39,709 nucleotides of DNA from Acidobacteriota bacterium (lineage in GTDB: Bacteria; Acidobacteriota; Thermoanaerobaculia; Multivoradales; UBA5704). Shown here one piece after another: positions 34,014 through 39,709 of the stretch (the stretch's first letter is position 1; each line of letters opens with the position of its first letter). The DNA is taken from the NCBI GenBank assembly GCA_040005235.1, contig JBDTZG010000050.1, positions 1-39,709 on the forward strand. Direction: 5' to 3'. A model generated the notes under the pieces. The model was not told the DNA's origin and did no database searches. It worked only from the letters and a program-made list of their open reading frames with translations. Both the position numbers and the translations under genes were made by a program.

Positions 34014-35216
34014 CTAGCTCACAACCGGCAACATCGCGCCCGAGGCCACGGCGCCCGACACCAGATCCCGGTTGGCCGGCGTCAGCGCGTGCCGGTACTG
34101 TTTCGCCAGATCCGCCATGTCCTCGCGGGTTACGATTCGCTCGTAGAGGTTGGTTCGCTGCTTCGGGATGTAGCCCCCCGATTCGATCAGGTGCTCCATC
34201 TCGTCTTGGCTCATGCGGAAGGCGGTGCCGGCGGAGGAGACGACGTTTTCTTCGATCATGATCGAGCCCATGTCGTCGGCTCCGAAGGAGAGGGCGAGTT
34301 GGCCGATCTTTTTGCCTTGGGTGACCCAGCTGGTCTGCAGGTGGACGATATTGTCGAAGAACAGGCGGGTGACCGCCAGAGTGCGCAGGTACTCTTCGGC
34401 GTAGGTTTCGGGCGTGTCCGGCATGTCGGTGTGCTCGTGCTGGAAGGTCCAGGAGATGAAGGCGGTGAAGCCTCCCGTCTCGTCCTGGAGGTCGCGGACG
34501 CGCTGGAGGTGCTCGATCCGCGCTTCGAGCGTTTCGCCCATGCCGTACATCATGGTCGCCGAGGTGCGCAGGCCGTTCGCGTGGGCTTGACGCATGATGT
34601 CGATCCACTCGTCCGACGAGCACTTCGGGTAGGCGAGCACGTCTTTGCGGATCTGGTCCGAGAGGATCTCGGCGCCGCCGCCGGGGATCGACTGGAGGCC
34701 CGCGGCCTTCAAGCGCGCGATCACGTCGTAAAAGCTCATCCGCTCCTTCTTGGCGATGAACTTCACCTCCGGCGGGGAGAAGGCGTGGAGGTGGACGCTC
34801 GGGTAGCGCTCTTTGAGATACCGCAGCAGGTCCTCGTAGTAGGAGAGCGGCAGGTCCGGGTGGACGCCCCCCTGCATCAGGATGCCGGTGCCGTTCAAGG
34901 CAATCGTCTCTTCGATCTTCTTGCCGATCTCTTCGTTCGACAGGAGATACCCTTCCGGGTCGCCGGGTGCGCGGTAGAACGCGCAGAACCGGCACTTGTA
35001 GACGCAAATGTTGGTGTAGTTGATGTTGCGGTCCACGTTGTAGGTGGCGGCCTCCGGGTCGTTCCACCGGTTGCGGACCTCGTTCGCGGCCTCTCCCAAG
35101 TCCAGCAGGTCGCCTTCGAGCAACAGCGTATGGGCATCGCCGGCCGAGATACGGCGGCCGGCCAAAGCGTCTTCGAGGATGGAGGAAACGGGGCGTCCGG
35201 ACGGTTCAAAGCTCAT
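34014..35216 (-). CDS. mqnC: Cyclic dehypoxanthine futalosine synthase (radical SAM, menaquinone futalosine pathway)
   Basis: VDRNINYTNICVYKCRFCAFYR, LMQGG.HP, SIPGGGAEIL, FISWTFQ, SWVTQG and GS.MIEENVV. Confidence 0.92.
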   Translation of the reverse strand: MSFEPSGRPVSSILEDALAGRRISAGDAHTLLLEGDLLDLGEAANEVRNRWNDPEAATYNVDRNINYTNICVYKCRFCAFYRAPGDPEGYLLSNEEIGKKIEETIALNGTGILMQGGVHPDLPLSYYEDLLRYLKERYPSVHLHAFSPPEVKFIAKKERMSFYDVIARLKAAGLQSIPGGGAEILSDQIRKDVLAYPKCSSDEWIDIMRQAHANGLRTSATMMYGMGETLEARIEHLQRVRDLQDETGGFTAFISWTFQHEHTDMPDTPETYAEEYLRTLAVTRLFFDNIVHLQTSWVTQGKKIGQLALSFGADDMGSIMIEENVVSSAGTAFRMSQDEMEHLIESGGYIPKQRTNLYERIVTREDMADLAKQYRHALTPANRDLVSGAVASGAMLPVVS

Positions 35217-35293
35217 GCTGGGCACTTTACCGAGAACGGCCGGGGGCGGCAACCGCCGACGTAAGTGAGCGCAGCATGCTGCGCCCCTAACTG

Positions 35294-36694
35294 CTACGCC
35301 CCTTCGCCCGGGCTCCCTGCCGGTTCCGCGATCGTTTCGCCGCCGTCCTCGGCCTGGTATTCCTTGAGCCAGTTGTAGAGCGTGCGGATGCTGATCCCCA
35401 GCGCCTCGGCGGTGCGGGTGCGGTCGCCTTCCAGGCTTTCGAGGGTGGCGAGCACCAGACGCTTCTGGACCACCGCGACCGGCGTTCCGGGGGCGAAGCG
35501 CAGGGCGCCGCCCGGCTCTTCCGGCCACTGGCCGCCGTGGAGCTCCGGCGGCAGGTCGCCCACACCGATCTCGTCGTCGGCGAGGATCGCCGCGCGGTAG
35601 ACGACGTTTTTCAGCTCGCGCACGTTGCCCGGCCAGGAGTAGGCACGCAGGGCGGCGAGCGCTGCGACGCCGAAGCGCTGTTGGCGCCCCTCGCGCCGGT
35701 TATGGTCGGCGAGGAAGCTTTCGGCGATCGCGTCGACGTCATCCACCCGCTGGCGCAGCGGCGGCAGGGAAATCGGAAACACCTTCAGCCGATAGAGCAG
35801 GTCCTGCCGGAACTTGCCTTCGCCCACCGCCTGCTCCAGATCGCGGTTGGAGGCGGCCATCACCCGCAAGTCGACGGGGACGGGCCGATCGCCGCCGACC
35901 CGGACGACCAAGCCGGTTTCGAGCACGCGGAGGAGCTTGACCTGCAGCTCCGGCGGCATTTCGGACACTTCGTCGAAGAACAAGGTGCCGCCCGAGGCGC
36001 GCTCGAAGAAGCCGCGATGCTGCCGCTCGGCGCCCGTGAAACTCCCTCGCTCGTGGCCGAACAGCTCGCTTTCGATCAGCTGCGGCGAGATCGCCCCGCA
36101 GTTGACGGCCACGAACGGCTGGCTGCGCCGCTTGCTCCGGCGGTGGATCGCCTCGGCGACCAGCTCTTTGCCGGTGCCGCTTTCGCCCAGGATCAGCACC
36201 GACGCCTGGGTGGGCGCCACTTTGCGGATCAGCTCGAAAATCTGCTGCATCGCCTGCGACGCGCCGACCATGCCTTCGAAGCGGCCCAGACCCAGCAGCT
36301 CGCTCCGGAGGGCGCCGATCTCTTCGTTCAGCTCGCGCTCCCGGCGCATATGGGCGAAGACCAGCTTCAGCCGGCCGAGGTCGATCGGCTTGGTCAGATA
36401 GTCCGCAACCCCGCAGCGCAGCGCCTCGATCGCGGTTTCGACCGAGGCGAAACCGGTAATCAGGACGAACGACGACTCGGGCGCCAGCTCGCCGAGCGAC
36501 TTGGCCAGGTCGAGGCCGTTGCCGTCGGGCAGCACCATGTCCACCAGCGCCAGGGTCGGCGGCTGCTCGGCCATGCGCTTGCGCGCCGCGGCGAGCGTCG
36601 AAACGGTGTAGGGCACGAACCCCTCTTCCTTGAGCAAGGACTCAAGGGCGCGAGCGGAAATTTCGTCATCTTCCACGATCAACGCGGTCAGCAT
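35294..36694 (-). CDS. Sigma54-dependent response regulator (NtrC family, REC-AAA+-Fis)
   Basis: REC (VEDD, VDM, TG, KP), GESGTGKE, ESELFGHERGSFTGA, FFDE, WPGNVREL and Fis HTH. Confidence 0.95.
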   Translation of the reverse strand: MLTALIVEDDEISARALESLLKEEGFVPYTVSTLAAARKRMAEQPPTLALVDMVLPDGNGLDLAKSLGELAPESSFVLITGFASVETAIEALRCGVADYLTKPIDLGRLKLVFAHMRRERELNEEIGALRSELLGLGRFEGMVGASQAMQQIFELIRKVAPTQASVLILGESGTGKELVAEAIHRRSKRRSQPFVAVNCGAISPQLIESELFGHERGSFTGAERQHRGFFERASGGTLFFDEVSEMPPELQVKLLRVLETGLVVRVGGDRPVPVDLRVMAASNRDLEQAVGEGKFRQDLLYRLKVFPISLPPLRQRVDDVDAIAESFLADHNRREGRQQRFGVAALAALRAYSWPGNVRELKNVVYRAAILADDEIGVGDLPPELHGGQWPEEPGGALRFAPGTPVAVVQKRLVLATLESLEGDRTRTAEALGISIRTLYNWLKEYQAEDGGETIAEPAGSPGEGA

Positions 36695-37434
36695 GCAGGG
36701 GCTCCGAAGACTCTAGGTAGAGATAAATGTATCCGAAAACCGCTCTCGTCCGCACTCTCTCGCCACGAGCCGCCCAAACAGCGGACTAGCCGGGCCAAAG
36801 CTTGCCGGCTCTCGTCGGCTCGCCCGGCGGTCTCGGGGGTCCGGACGGGCTCGATCACCGTCTCGATCTCCGCGGTCTCCGGGCCGAAGGTCAGGGAGAA
36901 ATCGATCCTGGAGCTTTCTCCAGAATGCTCCAGGGCCAGACACACGACCGAAAGAAGGGCGGGGACGAGGAGGTCGCGCCGGGCCTGCATGGAGACCGGC
37001 ACCGGCGCAATGCGGGTCTTCCAGGTGGCGCGCAGCAGCACCGACTCGGTCGCTCCCAGTGCGGCGACCCGCCGGGCGAGTTGGGCCAGATCGAGGGTTT
37101 CGGCCTTGCCGGCACCCGGTAGAACCGCATTGAGGACTGAATCGGTGCTTTCGACCAGCCGGGCGTATCCTCCGCGCAACGCGCCGAGAACCTCGCCGAG
37201 CGCCGAGGCGGCAGCTTGGGGATCGCCGCCTTTGCCGAGGTCGGCGATCTCGGCCGCCAACAGCTCGAGGTTCAGGCTGATCGAATTGAGCGGGCTGCGT
37301 AGCTGGTGCTCGACCGCGGAACGGAGACACCGGAGTGCCCCAAAGTGCGCGATGCGGATCGCCGCGTCATCGTCGTCGCTTCCTCGGTCCTCTGCATCGC
37401 CGATCGGTGTCGGCGAGGGTGTAGAGGCACTCAT
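36688..37434 (-). CDS. Histidine kinase-like protein with H-box but degenerate ATPase domain
   Basis: EHQLRSPLNSISLNLELL H-box; no recognisable N box, DxGxG or GxGLG; overlaps the downstream regulator by 7 nt. Confidence 0.65.
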   Translation of the reverse strand: MSASTPSPTPIGDAEDRGSDDDDAAIRIAHFGALRCLRSAVEHQLRSPLNSISLNLELLAAEIADLGKGGDPQAAASALGEVLGALRGGYARLVESTDSVLNAVLPGAGKAETLDLAQLARRVAALGATESVLLRATWKTRIAPVPVSMQARRDLLVPALLSVVCLALEHSGESSRIDFSLTFGPETAEIETVIEPVRTPETAGRADESRQALARLVRCLGGSWRESADESGFRIHLSLPRVFGAPAC

Positions 37435-37508
37435 CTTGCTCTCCCTCCCTTTTGACCGGGAAATCCCCGGGGTGATGGCTATACGATCCGCTATGAGGAG
37501 ACCCCTGA

Positions 37509-38372
37509 ATGAACCCTGAATCGACTCCGCCCGAAGCGCAAGCGGCGCACGGTACCAAACGGAAGATCCCGCCGCAGGTCTCGGCCATATTGGCCGCCCT
37601 TTTGACCGGCTTCCTCCTCGGAGCGGGCACCGTTCTTTATCTGGTGGCCCGCAAAGGCCTGACGTTCCGGCTGTCGGGGGCGACGCCCGTCTCTGGCGGC
37701 ACCGTGCCCGGCAGCTCGGCGGCTCCTCCGTCAAACCCGGAAGTCCCTTCGCCGCGAGGGGTTCCCGGCTCTTCGGTGCCGGAAGCCGTGCCGAATCTTG
37801 CAAATCAGGCGCCCGGCCCTCTCGCCCCGGCATTACCCGGCGCCTCGTCGGATCTGGCGCCCGCAGTTCCTCCGGCGGCCGTCCCCGCCCTGCCGGTCCT
37901 TTCCGAGGCCACTCCGCTGCCCATCCCCGGCGGGCAGCGCCGGCTGGCGATTCCGGTCGCGGGAGTGAAACCCACCGATCTGCGCGATTCGTTCGGTGAA
38001 ATGCGCGACGGCACACGTAAGCACGAGGCGATCGACATCCTGGCGCCGCGCAACACGCCGGTGCTCGCGGTCGACGACGGCAAGGTCGAGAAGCTGTTCT
38101 ACAGCCAGAAGGGCGGCATAACCCTCTATCAGTTCGACCCAACTCGGACCTATGCCTACTATTACGCCCACCTGGACGCCTACGCTCCGGGGCTGGTCGC
38201 CGGCCAAGACCTGAAGCGGGGCGAGCTGATCGGTTACGTCGGCACCACGGGCAACTCTCCCCCCGAGACCCCGCACCTGCATTTTCAGATCTTTCGCCTG
38301 ACCCCCGAGAAGCATTGGTGGGAGGGCCAGGCGGTCGATCCCTTTCCCTATCTGGCCATCGCGGCGAAATAA
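37509..38372 (+). CDS. M23 family metallopeptidase with N-terminal TM and Pro/Ala linker
   Basis: HEAIDI (HxxxD), YYAHL, GYVG.TGN and PHLHF. Confidence 0.92.
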   Translation: MNPESTPPEAQAAHGTKRKIPPQVSAILAALLTGFLLGAGTVLYLVARKGLTFRLSGATPVSGGTVPGSSAAPPSNPEVPSPRGVPGSSVPEAVPNLANQAPGPLAPALPGASSDLAPAVPPAAVPALPVLSEATPLPIPGGQRRLAIPVAGVKPTDLRDSFGEMRDGTRKHEAIDILAPRNTPVLAVDDGKVEKLFYSQKGGITLYQFDPTRTYAYYYAHLDAYAPGLVAGQDLKRGELIGYVGTTGNSPPETPHLHFQIFRLTPEKHWWEGQAVDPFPYLAIAAK

Positions 38373-38379
38373 CCCGCTG

Positions 38380-39393
38380 TCACTCGACGAACTCGACCGG
38401 CGTACCGACGGCGACGCCGGCCATCAGCCGCATCGCGTCCCAATTGGTCAGTCGGACGCAGCCGTGCGATTCCGTATGACCGATAGCCCCCGGCGAGGGC
38501 GAGCCATGCAGACCGTAGTGCTCCTTGGAGAGGCCGACCCAGCCGACGCCCACGGGATTGTTCGGGCCGGCCGGCAGGATCGCCTCTTCCTGGGTGGGCT
38601 CGGCGTCCCAGAATAGGTCCGGGTTGTAATGAAAGACGGGATTGGGCGATACCGAGACGACCTTCCACGAGCCGATCGGCAGCGGGTCGTGCTCGCTGCC
38701 GGAAGAGGCCGGGGCGTAAAATACCGTCGCCCCTTGGGCGTTCACACCCCTCATGTCGTGGCCCGCCTTGGAGACGACGACCTTGACGATGGCGGCCGGG
38801 TTCTCCGGCGGTGCGGGTGCCGCGGGGGTCCCCTTGGCCTTTGGATCAACCGGGGCCGACGGCGCCGGAGGGGGCAGAACGTTGGGGACGCGCAAGCTCT
38901 CGCCGGCGACGAATTTGGCGCCCGGGTTGAGCTTGGCGAGCAACTCGGGGCTGGCGTGGAACTGCTCGCCGAGCGCCTCTTTGAGCGAGGCGTAGCCCAT
39001 GCGATCGAGTTTCGCCTGTTCGGCGGGATCGTGCGGGACAGCGACGAAGGGGCCGGCCGCCTCCTGCTCGGTGATCGTGTGGAGCGCGAGCGCCGGTGCG
39101 TGGGTCCGGTTCTTGAGTTGGCGGCGGGTCAACCCATCGAGCTGGCCGTTGGGCGCCCGACGTTTGACCCGGCGTTGGAATTCGGCGATCGCCTTGGTCG
39201 AATTTTTACCCGCGACGCCGTCGATCTCGCCCGGCGAAATACCCAGCCGATCGAGCCAGACCTGGGCTTCGAGCAGGGCCGAAGGCTGGGCGGGCTTGGC
39301 CGTCGCGGCGTGGAGGGGAAGGCCAGCGGCCCAACAGAATCCGGCGATCAGGCCGCCGGAGAGGAATCTTGAAATGCGTCGGTGTTCGATCAT
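38380..39393 (-). CDS. L,D-transpeptidase (YkuD) with peptidoglycan-binding domain
   Basis: AQVWLDRLGISPGEIDG PG-binding motif; GPNNPVG; YGLHG...SHGCVRL catalytic motif. Start at ATG 39393. Confidence 0.92.
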   Translation of the reverse strand: MIEHRRISRFLSGGLIAGFCWAAGLPLHAATAKPAQPSALLEAQVWLDRLGISPGEIDGVAGKNSTKAIAEFQRRVKRRAPNGQLDGLTRRQLKNRTHAPALALHTITEQEAAGPFVAVPHDPAEQAKLDRMGYASLKEALGEQFHASPELLAKLNPGAKFVAGESLRVPNVLPPPAPSAPVDPKAKGTPAAPAPPENPAAIVKVVVSKAGHDMRGVNAQGATVFYAPASSGSEHDPLPIGSWKVVSVSPNPVFHYNPDLFWDAEPTQEEAILPAGPNNPVGVGWVGLSKEHYGLHGSPSPGAIGHTESHGCVRLTNWDAMRLMAGVAVGTPVEFVE

Positions 39394-39434
39394 TGCGCTA
39401 TATCTCTCCGTTTCCGCGTAGGCAAGCCGGAGAG

Positions 39435-39450
39435 AGCAAGCGCGGTGCCA
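39435..39450 (-). promoter_or_regulatory. Sigma54 (-24/-12) promoter for the L,D-transpeptidase
   Basis: Minus strand TGGCAC-CGCGC-TTGCT with exact consensus spacing, ~40 nt upstream of the ATG. Confidence 0.75.
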
Positions 39451-39457
39451 ATCGGGT

Positions 39458-39709
39458 CTAGCGCGGGCCGCTGGCGAACTCGGCGATCGCATCGCGCAGC
39501 GTCGCGAAGGTGATCGGCTTGGTCAGATGGCGGGAAAATCCCGCGGCCCGGCTGCGCGCGATCGCCCCGTCGCCGCCGAGACCCGAGATCGCAATGCCGG
39601 GAAGGCCGTAGCGCCGAGCGAGCTCGGGCATCAGATCGAGACCGCTGCCCGAGCGCAACCAGAGATCGCTGACCACGAAATCGATCGGCGGATCGGACGC
39701 GGCGGCGGC
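39458..39709 (-). CDS. C-terminal receiver domain (5' end off window)
   Basis: IDFVVSDL.L..GSGLDL...IAISG.G......SRAAGF..HLTKP. Confidence 0.82.
   Translation of the reverse strand, partial: AAAASDPPIDFVVSDLWLRSGSGLDLMPELARRYGLPGIAISGLGGDGAIARSRAAGFSRHLTKPITFATLRDAIAEFASGPR

Overview
High-GC bacterial chromosomal window; gene content and paralog families suggest Acidobacteriota, possibly Thermoanaerobaculia (inference, not verified). The left flank (1-14.7 kb) is mostly housekeeping: CBS protein, DUF4388 protein, a large putative outer-membrane protein, Smr, a histone-deacetylase-family protein, rnc, mutL, terC/alx under a yybP-ykoY Mn2+ riboswitch, an AbiE-like pair, a DAG kinase and a 2Fe-2S ferredoxin. 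The right flank (31-39.7 kb) carries a CCC-type transporter, mqnC, a sigma54 activator with a degenerate kinase, an M23 peptidase and an L,D-transpeptidase with a sigma54 promoter. Between them is a ~16 kb accessory region with no visible integrase. Its most striking part (15.1-18.6 kb) is a candidate peptide-signalling module: a full-length XRE-HTH+TPR regulator, a small secreted precursor with two ENGCG-x4-G-x-C cores, an N-terminal-half paralog and a stand-alone C-terminal-cap paralog of the regulator. The architecture resembles RRNPP quorum-sensing systems, but in an apparently diderm host. Further right are a degenerate STAND-like NTPase-TPR protein, a 19x21-bp palindromic tandem array, three copies of a vapB promoter/operator, two intact vapB antitoxins and three decayed toxin genes. 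All family calls come from motif recognition by eye; no database searches were run.
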